A stretch of 64,000 bases of DNA from Hormiphora californensis (Eukaryota; Animalia; Ctenophora). Positions 1 through 14,000 of this stretch are shown here, piece by piece. Each line of letters begins with the position of its first letter. The stretch's first letter is position 1. Both the position numbers and the translations under genes were made by a program. The notes beneath the pieces were generated by a model. It was given only the letters and a program-made list of their open reading frames with translations. It was not told where the DNA came from and made no database searches. The stretch spans positions 2,852,001 through 2,916,000 of the forward strand of contig CM035350.1 of the NCBI GenBank assembly GCA_020137815.1, written 5' to 3'.

Positions 1-3000
1 TCTTCCTGTTATGGTGGATAGGGGCATGCAGTTGTTTTGAGCGCTACTCCCTCAATTCCACTTTCAATCTGGTGAAGCGTCTAAAGTAAGATATTTTATA
101 GCTCCTTGCCTGGCTAGACTGTGTTCGGGTTAGAAGCATAACAAATAGCCCCCTGCTATTTAAAACCAAGTTTGAAGTTTGTCCCGTTATACTGAGTATT
201 ATTCCAGGTCTATAACTGCCTCTAACACGTGTGGTAACAAGGGAGAGGAATTGTATTGCCTCCTTACAGGAACACCTCTAGCGCCAGGTATGTTTAGTTA
301 ACTAAGCTCCAGATACATCCAGGGTACTAACAGGTGGTACTAACCCCTCATCAGGTCTAGATTGGACTTACAGTCGGTACCCTGGTCGCTTATGTGGATG
401 GGCAGTTCTGTAACACTTGCGAGCCCAACCAGCACCACATCAAGTACGCAGTGGACGACTCAGAGGACAATTGGTGGCAGAGTAGCAGCCTGGCAGTTAC
501 AGATACCCAGAACATGATTATTGAACTTGACCTGGGCCAGGAGTACCAGGCAGTGTACTTTGTGCTAAAGAGCGCTAACTCGCCCCGTCCCGCTCGTTGG
601 GTTCTAGAGAAGAGTGTGGATAATGGACTAACCTGGGAACAATGGCAGGTAAGTGCAAACAATACCGACACACACACCTACCTGTTTGATAAACAGCTGC
701 CTCCTTCCCCCTACATGCTATATATAACAGCCCACAGTCGGTACCTCTCCTGCCCTTCCCAGTCCCCCACACCGTTAGTACAACTCCCCTAGTGATTCCA
801 CTCCCCTCTCCCCTTCTTCCCTTTAGTGACTCTCCATCTTCCCCTCCAGGTGTATGTGTCACAGAGCAGTGAGTGTGACTCCCTGTACGGCCTCCAGCCC
901 TCCACAATGCCTGTATCAATATCCCATGATGCCCAAGTGGTCTGCACGGCCTACTACAGCACCCTGATGCCTCTAGAGAACGGCCAGATACATACCTCCC
1001 TGGTGAATGGCCGCCCTGGGGCAGAACTATTCTATCTGAACGAGAGCCCCAGACTGCAGGATTGGATGAAGGTGACAGGTGTCCGGCTGAGGTTGGAGGA
1101 AATGCAGAACCTGCACCACCTCATTAACGACAACGACGAGACGGCCAACAGGAGGTTCTTCTACAGCATCAGAGAGATTATTGTACAGGGGAGGTGTAGT
1201 TGTAACGGTCACGCTGACTTTTGTAACGATGATGAGGGTGGATCTATGAACTGCGAGTGTCAGGGTAACACATGTGGTGCTAACTGTGAGAGGTGTTGTG
1301 ATGGATACAATGTGTTTCCCTGGCAACCATCCAGTGCCGGACCAGTTCTTCCAATGTGAACGGTGCCAGTGTTTTGGGCATGCTGAGTCGTGTCACTATG
1401 AGGCTGCTGCCGAGGGTTCTAGTGTCGACACACAGGGGAGGATGAGGGGAGGGAGTGTGTGTGATGAGTGCAAGGATTTCACCACAGGGTACAACTGTGA
1501 GAGGTGTATAGACGGGTATTACCGGGGCGAGAGGGAGGACTCCTACAATAAAACTTGTAGACCCTGTGATTGTGAACTGGCTAATATCGCTCTAGTGGAT
1601 GGGGAAGTGTTTGGGAGCTGCTCTCAGGAGGCAGCAGGGCAGTGTAGCTGTAGGGAGGGGTTCGGGGGCAGGAGATGTGATGAATGTCGTGGGGATTACT
1701 ATAATACAGAGGTAAGTAGTGTGTGTGTGTGTGTGTGTGTTTCTATCAGGAACCGACCGAATCAGGAAATACTGGTCCCTGATTGGCTGATAACCAGTCA
1801 CGTGACCTAAATAACGAGTTCTGATTGGTTGTTTACTTGTTTCGGTCGGTTCCTGGTTTCTATGTATGGAATGTTGGTGTGGAAATTCCAAGACAAATTT
1901 GATGATCCCTAAATGTTTGTTTAGCTGTACTTCTAGCTGGGATTCCTCATCCTAGCAGTAAATAAGCGGCGAGTCCCCTGTGTATTTATTAGCCCCCCCC
2001 CCTCTCCAGGAATACGGTTTGAACTGTTTCCCATGCGGGTGCAATGTCAATGGAACAGTATCCCAGCTGCTGAACTGCGACGGAGAGGGTCAGTGTTTCT
2101 GCAAAGAGAACGTAGAGGGAACACAGTGTAACGAGTGTGCTGATGAGACCTTCAATCTCTCACTTAGTAACGAGTATGGATGCACCGGTAAGAAACTATT
2201 TAAACATTATTTTTACTTGTCCCTGGACGTACCTTTCCCTATCTTCCCCCATGTTATATGTTTCTACAACTTTCCTATCTTCTCCCTCGGTCCCATCTCT
2301 ACTGAGTTATCTCTCTCTTTTAGTAGGTGTGGCAATATTACAACGTCCCTGATATTAAATTACTGCACATGTCCCCGATGTTTTACACCCCGTCTCTCTC
2401 CTGTTATAGCCCCCATGTAGCTCCCCTGTCTCTCTTAGATCTGCATACCCCCCACCCAATCTACATGTATTGCCCCATTATTTACTGTCCCCTACTTCAA
2501 CAATTATACCCTGATCAGTGATCGCAAAATGATCATCTCCCCAGATTGCAGTTGTAATTTGGGAGGTTCTAAGAACAACAGATGTGATAAGAAAACTGGG
2601 GAATGTGCCTGTAAATCAGGTCTTGTGGGACGTCAATGTAACATGTTAGTAACACCTAAATCGAAATCACTCATAAATTAATTGCGTTTTTTGGCAGCGC
2701 TTTTGGTGGCAGAGGAGTGACAACCTTTGTGCTTACCAGTGCTGCAGTGATACATGAATGTATTGTATCACCCCTAATATTTCCCCCTATTTAATATCTA
2801 GGGTGGATGAGAATCATTACATTCCTGATTTTGATTTCCTATCACTGGAGCCTGAGGATGGTTTGATGAGGGGATACGAGGCGCTATACGATTTCCAGGA
2901 TGGTGTCTTTAAAGATGGTTTCAGTGGTAGGGGGTATGCGACACTCAGCACCACAGCGGTATGTTTATGATAAACACTAGATAGTAGTAGTAGACCAATG

Positions 3001-6000
3001 CAACACCCTACTCAACACCCACCTTGTCACCTTGTCACCTTGTCACGGGGGGGGGGGGGGGGGGGTTATCATGGTGACAAATGGTGACAGATGGTGACAA
3101 ATGGTGACTCATCTGACCATTTAGGGTATGTCACCATCACCATTTGTCACCATTTGTCACCATTTGTCACCATTTGTCTCCATTTGTCTCCATTTTTTAA
3201 CGAAATATGAGGATTTCGGCAGAATTTCTTTAAAATTTTTAAAGAAATTTGATAAATTATTTTAATTTCTTTAGACCGATATATTTGTTCATAAGTTGTT
3301 AACATGGCCATTCCGGATCGGCTAGTAGTGTTTTGGACCGCTAAAACTTCCCGAAAGTCACGTTGAGGGTGTACCTCCCTCGCACAACACATAAAAGCGC
3401 AATTAACCACCTGTGACCCTTTAATTACATCCAATCGACTTGAAACTTGGTAGAAGTGTTCCCCAGTGTCCCATAACATCATATTATGCCTGTAGGAAGC
3501 TCCAGAGAGAATGGTGACAAATGGTGACTCATCTCAAAATTTTGGTCATGTCACCATCACCATTTGTCACCATATGTCACCATTTGTCACCATTTGTCAC
3601 CATGATTACCCCCCCTTGTCACGTACTGTTACAGTACTACTAGGGAGAGACTATAATCACCTGTGTGTGTGTTTTCAGCCTGCTGTGGAGCTAGAGGTGG
3701 AAATACCCGAGTATACGAGATACAAGGTCAGAATTAGGTACCAACTTGAGGACAACTTTCAGGGAGAATACACCGGCCGAATAACCGCTACCAGTACCGA
3801 GTAAGTTAGTCAGTTGATTAGCCAATTATAGTTAATTAGTTAATTAGTTAATTACTGTGATTTGTGGGGCCGGGATTGTGTCCTCAAGAGAACTCGACAG
3901 GGCAATGAAATTTCACTGGAGTACTGTACAAATACAAACTGATGATCTACCGCTGGTAGTGAAACAATTTTTTCTGTTAAAACACTCGAGTTTGTATTTG
4001 TAATTAGTTAATTAGTTAATTAACCTCCCAGGGGTGACGTTCAGGAGTACGGGTCGCTACTAGACACCTGTGTAGAGGGGTGTGAGGTAACCCTACAGCG
4101 GTGCGACGAGAAGGAGTGTTCTGACGTCTATCTGACACTAACACCGGGACAATGGACCATCACTTTCTCCTACAATGCACCCGCCCTAAACCTGGTTTGT
4201 ATTGTTTGTAAATGCTGCGTCTATAACTGGAAGCTGACATGCCCGAAAGTAGTAGTGGCCTTTATCTGGTTCAATTATACAGGGGGTGGGTGAGTGACAC
4301 TAGATTTCATACAGGATCGTATAGTGTTGTCTCCCCGGAATTTCGAGGATCCCACTATAGCCCACACTAACATGACAAGCTGTACCAGGGATAATACGAG
4401 GTTCTGCATGGAGTACCAACTGCCTAACATCGAACCATACCTCTATCAAACTAACGGTAATTGGTAAAATACTAATTAGAGACTAATTGACTTCTAATTG
4501 CTATTGGAGACTAATTGACTTCTAATTGCTAATTTACTCTGCAGATTTGGATACGACTGGAACTGTGTTCAGTGTCTCAGATGATGCCGACCATGTTCTA
4601 ATATTTGATTTTAACTACGACGGAGAGTCAATAGAAGAACATAAAGTGATAGTATCCAATGGGAAACTAACTAAAGTTGGCTACTTTATACTTCACCCCT
4701 GTAACGAGGTAGTATAATTATATCAATTAGTTAATTAGATAGACTCCAGAACTAATTAGTTAATTAACTCCAAAACTACTTTGTCTAGGTTTCAGTGTGT
4801 TACTCACAAAATTAATTTCTCTCAGTTACAAATGTGTCGAGATATGCTACGTGATGAGTTTGGTGAACCTCTTCGCTTCACAACAGTTCCAGGAGATTTA
4901 GTTGTTACATTTGAAAGTGGAACAACCAAGCCCCTCAAGGTGAGTTAGTGTATGTGACAGTTCACAGTCAGTCTCTGTGTCAGTCTGTCAGTCTGTGTGT
5001 AAAACTGTGTAAATTTGAAATCGGAGACGTGGTCTGTCACTTGTCACCATCATGTTGTCCTAGACTCTCTATCTTCACACAATTATTTTAGCCAAGCCCC
5101 TTGTTGTACCCCTACACACACACTCAGCCCTCTCCCTGTCTCTCTCTCTCCCTCGGTCCTCCCCCTCCTCCTCCCTTTCTCCCTCTGCTCTGACACCCCT
5201 CTCTCTCTCTCTCTCTCATCTTCTCTAAATAAAAACTTCCTAGTTCCGTACGAGTGTACCCTATTACTAATTGCATACGAAGCCCTGGGGTTCAATATTT
5301 CAAAGCACCTAGGTGCACGAATTAGTAATGGGACCAGGCGGTTAGATTATAATTTATACCCGATATCACATCTACTTTACCAGTATGATTGAACAATATC
5401 AAACATAAACCTGCTTGTCCCATGATAATATTCTCCTTCCTTATTCCTGCAAGAGTGCAGCAGTCTGCAGTTACATATATCCACCCCCCTGAAATAGCCC
5501 CCTCTGATTACAGGGTAAAGTCTACCTAGTCCACTATACGCCTGATATCAAGTACATCCTCAAACCTCACTATGTCTGTACTAGAGGAGAGGATGAGAGA
5601 TGCGAGTTTGGGTCGTTCCCTGATACTAAACCGAGTGTAAGTATAACATCAGTGTAGGTTACGAAATACGAAATAATCCCTCTAAAGTCGCACGCTGGCA
5701 AGCGGGAGGGGGTAACTTCGTTACAAAACATACCTAGCCTGCACTACAATTTCAACTTGGAACCAAAATCATGTATTCTATAATCTACTTTTAACAGACT
5801 ATTAGGCCTGCTACTAAAGGGTATATAATGGCAAACGGGCAAAAGATGGACTTATCACGGGACTACATAACATACCGATCTAACTACGACTATTTGGTGA
5901 CAGTGTGTGGTACTAATGAGGTGAGTGCTGCTATGGTAACCAGGGTGTCATGTTGTTATGGTAACCATGTAATGTCTTGTTGCTATGGTAACCATTGTGT

Positions 6001-9000
6001 CATGTTGTTATGGTAACCGTTGTGTCATGTTGCTATTGTAACCAGGGTGTTACGTTGTTATGGTAACCAGGGTGTCATGTTGCTATGGTATCCATGTAAT
6101 GTCTTGTTGCTATGGTAACCAGGGTGTCATGTTGTTATGGTAACCAGGGTGTCGTGTTGCTATGGTAACCATGGAGTGTCTTGTTGCCATGGTAACCATT
6201 GTGTCGTGTTGCTATGGTAACCATGTAATGTCTTGTTGCATGAACCCCTTTCTCCGTTTCAGTACAATTCAGAAAGCAATGTTGCACTCCTAGCTATGAG
6301 TTATGAGGTTGGTGTTATTTTTTGCTTTTGCAGTGATGCTGATAATCGTTATTCCATTTTTTGTGATGACCTTATCGCTCACTAAAACTATGTTCAGTCT
6401 ATCTATGAAGTGAGGCTGAATCTTATTGGGTCACCCGGGACCTACCGAATTATCCTGGAGTATTTCTATGCTGGTCTGCAGGAGCTTTTAGTGGGCGTGG
6501 AATTCAAAAACAACAATGGAGAAGTCATTGGAAAGGGTAAGTTAAACTTTCTGTGAAAGTGCTCCTTTATAAACACTTTTATCTCTTCAGGAGTCGTTGA
6601 GTTTGCACCCTGCAATGGATATACTGCCTGTAGAGCTCTTGTTATAAACAGGAATTCATCGTCGGATCTGTTTGAAACACCCTTCTTTTCTCTCTCTCCC
6701 AAGTTTGTACTGGCCTCTCTTGTTGACTTCCCACCGGACAAGTGCTTCCTACTGGTAGGTTTGTAATACACCATGTGTACTTATTCTCGGGTAATAATCT
6801 GACATTAGTATGTACAGAGAACACCCCCCCCCAATATCTTAAGTTATATTCTAACCCTTCGTACGGAAAGAGGGTCGAGCTATAGGCAACCAATATCTGG
6901 GTTATAGTAAACAGTAGAGATGGAAGCTAATTGATCATTTCAGAGTGAGATAGTGACGACAGTCTCCCTCCTGCCCTCTCTCTCCATGATCCAACAACTA
7001 CCACCTGACAGAACTGAAGAGTTCAGTGCCACATGTACCCCTGATCTAGTAGACAATCCCTTGTGTTATGAGGCATATCTGACCCTGGCTGCCGAGTTTT
7101 TTAGTGGTCTCCCGCACTGCAGTTGCAACCGAGAAGGTACCATACACAGAGATCAATGATCATGTTATTGTGATTGTTACAGGAAATTGGGATCATTACA
7201 TAGATTGTTACTGGGAGTAAATGGTATATAATATCAATTCTCCTTCAATGATAAACTCAACATATTTCAGGGTCACTGAAGGAGCAATGTAAGGTGATGG
7301 GTGGTCAATGTGAATGTAAGGAGAATGTCATAGGACGAACATGTGACAGATGTGCTGCTGGACATTTCGGATTCCCCAACTGCCAACGTTAGTATTAGGT
7401 CATCCAGTATTGATTGTCGTTAGGCTTGTATAGGAAAATGGTTTGAGATAGACCAAAATGGACTTCACCACCGTTTTTCTCACTCCATTTTGGATCGGAA
7501 TACAATGCCTGATATTGGTATGTGGTTGTTCTCGGTTCCCAGCAGGGTATTCTCTCTGCCCCACTCTTGTTGCCGCTGCACGGGGTTACCAACCTTTTTA
7601 AAACGAGTCTCTAGGAAAACTGGTACATTCATTTAAGCTCCCATGATGCTTAATCGATAGCAAATCGTCCAAGGATGATTTATACATGCGATTTAAGTCT
7701 CTGCGAGTTCACTAATAACCTCTAGAGCAGTAAATGTTACACAAAAAATCGAAAAAGTGAACAAAAAACTGGCCCGTTTCGGGGGTTTGTTCGAAAACAT
7801 CAATTAGTCAATTTCAAAGTCAACAAATTACATAATTGGCTTCACTATGTCTTAGAACTTACTTAGAACTATCTTTTACTGCAGAGTTTTTGATTATTAG
7901 CCAATCCTGATGAGACCCGGAAGCGAAAGTTTCTAATTTTTACCAAAACTTTTTGGAGGCCAATTACTCAGTGAAAAAACAAAAATAGGATGTTTTGTTA
8001 CATCTGAAACGATAGATAATTGTCCAATGAACGAGCTTGATGGATCAAAACATCACTCTGGTACCATTTTTAAGAAGTACAGCAGCTTTAGTTCTTAAAC
8101 TTGAAAATTGCAATTTTTCATTTGCAGCGGCAACAAGAGTGGGGTAGAGAAAATTGCCTGGTGGGAACCGAGAACAACCATATTCCAATATCAGGCATTG
8201 TATTCCGATCCAAAATCGAGTGAGAAAAACAGTGGTGAAGTCCATTTTGCTATATCTCAAACCATTTTTCCGATAAAAGCCCAACGACAATCAATACTGG
8301 ATGACCTAATATAATAGTGGGCACGGGGTAGCAACATCTCAATATAACAAGGTGTATGGTAACCATTAGGGTTATCTATTTGCGCAACGAAAGTCATACT
8401 GGAATGTTCGGGCGTCCAGCATGATGACCAGGGGACTTAAGGGGTTCAGAGAATCACTTGCGCGTAGGCAGCAACCCTATGGGCGAGGCGTACGGGCCGA
8501 TAGTTAATTAAAGTTTTTAAAAGTTAATAAAAGTTATAAAAAGTTAAAAATGCGTGGCACCCTGAAAAGCCGAAAAAAATTAACTTTTTCAGGGTTCCGC
8601 ACATTTTTAACTTTTTATAACTTTTATTAACTTTTAAAAACTTTTATTAACTATCGGCCCGTACGGCTCGCCCACAGGGTTGCTGCCTGCGCGCATATGA
8701 TTCTCTGAATCCATTTAGACCCCCGGTCCTCATGCTGGACGCCCGAAGTCTCGAAAAGCCAATTCCAAAGATCGATAACCCTAGTAACCATGGTAACCAT
8801 GTTAACCCCCTTTCCCTCCTGCAGCGTGTCCGGTAGCTAGGTGCTCAGTAAAAGGTAGTGGACACAGTTCGGTGTGCGATGCCGACACAGGGGAGTGCAA
8901 GTGTGCTCCTAATGTGGTTGGGGATGACTGCGGGACGTGCGCCGGTAACGCGTGGGGTTATGATGCAGTATTGGGCTGCAGGGCCTGTGGGTGTGGGCTG

Positions 9001-9137
9001 TCCGGGAGTATGGGGGATACTTGTAACATCGATACCGGACATTGTTACTGCAGAAATGATACTATCACAGGTACCATTCATCTCTCTCCTCCCTCTCTTT
9101 TTCTCTCTCTTTCTCTCTCTCTCCCTCTCTCTCACTC

Positions 9138-9210
<73 letters not shown>

Positions 9211-10104
9211 GCAGGGGATAAGTGTGAGCGCTGTGTAGATGGAAGGACCAACTATCCTGCTTGTACGCTTTGTGGGTGTAACGAACTGGGTTCTCTGGAC
9301 CCGGTTTGTGACTATATCAGTGGCCAGTGTCCCTGCAAGGTTAGTGTTCCCCCCAAAAAGTAGACCTAGATCTGTCCTTTACCAACATTCACTCCCATTC
9401 ACTTTATCAACACTCATTCACTCTCTCAATCTCGCACTATAACAGTCAGACTCGACCTACCATCTCTCAGCTCCCTCTCTCCCCAGGATCTGACTACCGG
9501 TCTGCAGTGTGGGGAGTGCAAGTTTGGTTACTTCAACCTGGCCAGTGACACTGAACATGGTTGTGAGGAATGCTACTGTTCGGGTGTCTCCCGGAACTGC
9601 TCCTCTGCAGATCTCATGTATTACAAACTGGGGAGCGCCTTTGAGATGGGGGATACCCAGGGGTGGGTGGTGAGAGGTGTAGATACCACGCAGTCAATAA
9701 AACCAGCAGTTCTTGAGGTAATAATGATAAGTGATAACATATGTATAGTGATAACAAAAATCATCATGATAATAGCATCGAGGGATCGAAATCATCGCAT
9801 AGCTATATTATATTCTGTGGTATCATAGTTGTTTGCTCAGAAAAACTGGCAAGAATGCAGCTAACATTACCATACGACTAATTACATATTATTAGACAAT
9901 TTTAACCGGTTATCTAAGTTTTCACAGTACACCGTGACCACCGGTTACAGTGTACTGTGAAAACTTAGACCACTGCAAAAACACTAGTAATTATAAAGTA
10001 AAATACCGTTGCAATGGTATGTGAAAAATTAGACACTTTCTAGTCACACGCACACAGTGTGAGCATTACAAACATTACAAACTGAGTGAACGAGATAAAG
10101 ATTA

Positions 10105-10189
<85 letters not shown>

Positions 10190-10345
10190 TAGGAAAAGAG
10201 AGAATCGAAGGCAGAGAGGGAAAGCAGATGCAGGACGCTCATTGGCGTGGTGCCATCACGTGACGATCACGTGACCTATAGTTGCAGAGGGGAAGAAAAG
10301 ATAAGGGTTAGGGCGTATGCACTGTGCAGTAGTGACTACTGCACA

Positions 10346-10400
<55 letters not shown>

Positions 10401-10406
10401 TTCTCT

Positions 10407-10449
<43 letters not shown>

Positions 10450-10928
10450 AATCTTTATCTCTTTCACTCAGTTTGTTTCCAAAATCATCTAATAAAATTA
10501 GATGACTGCTTTTACATGCTCTATTACACAACAATAATGTTAAAGATTCTTTCACTTTTAGGCCTCGCAGGCTCGGCCCAAAAGTACAACTACAGAGCTC
10601 GCAGGCTCGCTCGGTAGTTACACTTAGCGTGCCTCGCAGGCTCGGCAGCTAAGTAAAAGGATCTACCTCGACCTGTCGGTCTCGGTTCATTATTGTTGTA
10701 TTTAGAACACTCGGCCTTCGGCCTCGTGCACTAAAAAGTAATAGACCATTTTAACCAGTCATCTAATCATATACTAATTACTAATTACAATATTTTCCAG
10801 AGTCCATCTTATCCTGGTATGAACGAGCTGACAGTTTCCACAAATGAACTTCTCAAAAGTTTTGGCTCGCTCGAATTCTACTGGGTCTCTCCGTTCAAAG
10901 GTCAGTTTATACAGGATGTACGCGAGAT

Positions 10929-10992
<64 letters not shown>

Positions 10993-11020
10993 GAAAAAGA
11001 GAGAAAGAAAGAGAGAGAGA

Positions 11021-11076
<56 letters not shown>

Positions 11077-14000
11077 CAGTTAGCTCACAGTACTGCCTCG
11101 GTTGTCTGACTACCTCCATGATACCTATGACTACCCCCTCCGTATGACCTGTGATCACCTCCATGGTTGATAGATTGGGTAGTGTTGTTACCCCCTGCTC
11201 TCTTCAGCAGGTGTCCAGCCACCCATTTAGTGTAGTTAGGCACCTTTAACAGGTAGATAACAGGGTTGAAGGGCGGCGTTAACACAAGGGTAACACTGCA
11301 CGGGTCAGGGGCCACGGAGTACCAATACATGAAGACCCCCATGAAGTGAGGTGCCGGGTAGGTGCCAGCCACCATGTCCACTAAATAGAAGATATCGATC
11401 ACTATGAAGGGGGTTGTCGTTGCTAGGAAGAGTCCTGTCAGGGTTGCTATGGTGATACTCGCACGCTGATTGGCAGCAGTTCCACCAATGTTGTTCCTCA
11501 TCAGACACACCACTGATATAACGAAGGAGAACAGGACAAGGAAACAGGGGATGATGTAGGATAAATTAGGTACCATTTCCCAGGCCCCGATATTAGTAGA
11601 GACGGTAGTGTTGGGTACGAACACACAGTAACTAGCAGAACTGGTGAAAATGATGGTGTAGTCTGAGGTAAAGTGGAACAATCCACCCTCGATCACTTTC
11701 CAAGCCAGCCATACGCAAAGCACGATAGCAATGTGTTTCTTTTTGATCCTAACGAAGGGTCTGGCGATGACAATGGTACGGGATACGCTCAGAACCAGGG
11801 TTAGAAACAGGGACGCCTCAAGTAGAGTCCCCCACACAGCTGCCCACCCAAAACACAGGTCTTCAGAGGCGAACCAGCGGGGTTCACGGTACGAGAGCAA
11901 TGACAGGAACACTGGGATGCTAAATAGTACAGTTAGTGTGTCAACGCAACATATTAGCAGATAGAGACATGTTACAATATCCTTCTTAGCTGTAAAACAG
12001 AAGTAGAAGAGCGCTGTGATGTTACCAGGGGCCCCAACCAGTAGAGTGAGGAAGAGAATGAGGGCGAGGAAGTGATCCCAATCTCGGTAGCCAGGGAAAT
12101 ACCAGGCAATCGGGAGGAACTTAACATGGGGATTCCATGGGGTAGCTACCATTATAATAGCTAGGTAGTTGTGTGTTAGTTATAGCAGATAGATTATTAT
12201 GCATACTTACAGTTGTATTATTTCGTTGTAAGTAAGTTAGTAGGAACTTGTGTAGGTAATACTTATGGATCTTTCAAGAGCGAAAACTACCTAAGTAGGG
12301 AAAAGTAAAACGGAAAAAAGTATCAAATAGATGCTCCAGGACATTGCTCATTAGTTCTTCATGGCCACATGGAAAAAGTGCTATAAATTTCGGCAAAACT
12401 GCGTAAACTAGCTCAAGACTAGCTCCCAATACTAGTTGTAACCAGAAAAGTACCAAGCTATCAGGACACACTGTGCTGTTCTACACACTTGCTTTGCTCA
12501 ACCCTATTTCACCACGTCCCGATATACGGTACGCCGTTTTACCGGGATTATATAGCACATTTTATACAACACGTGTGTTTCACAAAGCAGAACACTGGAC
12601 AACGTTGTGGTGTATCCCTAGAAACTAGCTCATGATGCTGATGATAGCTGTTCGAGTGTGTCATATAATTAGTCGAGGATATACCGCTCTGATGATTCGG
12701 CGGAACATCGTCAATATTTTGGCATGTCTCTGTCGGGTATGGGCGTATATAAGCGCAGAATATTATTATTATCTATATCAGGACAAACATAGCATGAGTA
12801 ATCCAAGCTAAGGAATCTTCAAGGGTCGAATTTAAGTAGGCATGTAATAGCAAGACAAGGAGGTTACAGAGATTCACGGTTAAGCTGCATGACATACATT
12901 AGTATAAGAGTTGAGAAAAATGCTAAATCGATTATGTTGCTTTATGGTCTGCATTGGCCACATGAAAGTACTGTATAAACTGCCGGTATATCGAGTGTGT
13001 AGAACAAAGTTGTGGTTTATACCTAGAAACTAACTAAAGGTAGGTACTTGAGATAAGTGATTTGGGGTCCGCCCTAATGTTTTGTAATTGTATATTTTAA
13101 GACAGCATGTAGGTACATGTCATACATGTATACATTGTATTATGAATTGGACTGGATTCGAAGGAACACACAGTTATTTAGATCTGGGGGAGCACTTTCG
13201 ATAAAATCATCTTCAGTAACATCCCTACAAAGTTATATGTTTGAAACAATAACACACGAAAAAACTTGAACGACGCGAAAAAAGTTAGAGAAAATGAAAC
13301 AGGCCATTGCATTGTTGTATTGCATTATTGTATACATTCATATAATGTATAACTTCTCTGGCTAGTAATCTTCTCAGATTATGAACTCTTCGCTAGTCTT
13401 CTAATTGCTCAGCTGAACTTGTGTCTCTAGTTTAACAACAATCCAAGTCAAATGCAGCACCGCTCCTCCACTCAAGATTATTCCCGTCCCACCATTTTCC
13501 TCCATCCCACCCATATTGCCTCTGTCACCGTTTTGTAGATATCGCTGTAGAATATTGGGTTGAGGAGGCTGTTGCTAGGCAACAACACCAACACAAACAT
13601 CTCCTGGACGATGCTAGGCGGGACGGTGGGAACAATCCAACTGTAGTAGAACATGGTGAAGACATAGGACAACCACGCTACCACTTGACTTCCTATCAGA
13701 AAAGCCAACTTAAGAGCAAGTTTTTTAACATTTGCAGTATCGTTTGAACCCGCTTCGGAGCTTATCCTCTGACTTGTCAGAAGAATTGCCCCGTAGGAAA
13801 GAATAAGGATGGCCAAGAGGAAGGCAACCACAGAACAGTAGCCTATCTTATAGGAGAGGTAGGAGGGCTGGTTCTTGAATACGTTGGAAACGCAGAGTGG
13901 GCTGTTACCATAGTAACCGATGGCAGTGTAATCGAAGATGCTTGGTATTGAAGTGATATTCCTCATATCAGTCAGCATACCTTCCATTCCGTGTTTACTC

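Noticed and set aside
355-373. Alternative laminin acceptor at 354 implying a frameshift
   Set aside because: The acceptor at 373 keeps the frame (VGTLVAYVDGQFC), so no frameshift is needed.
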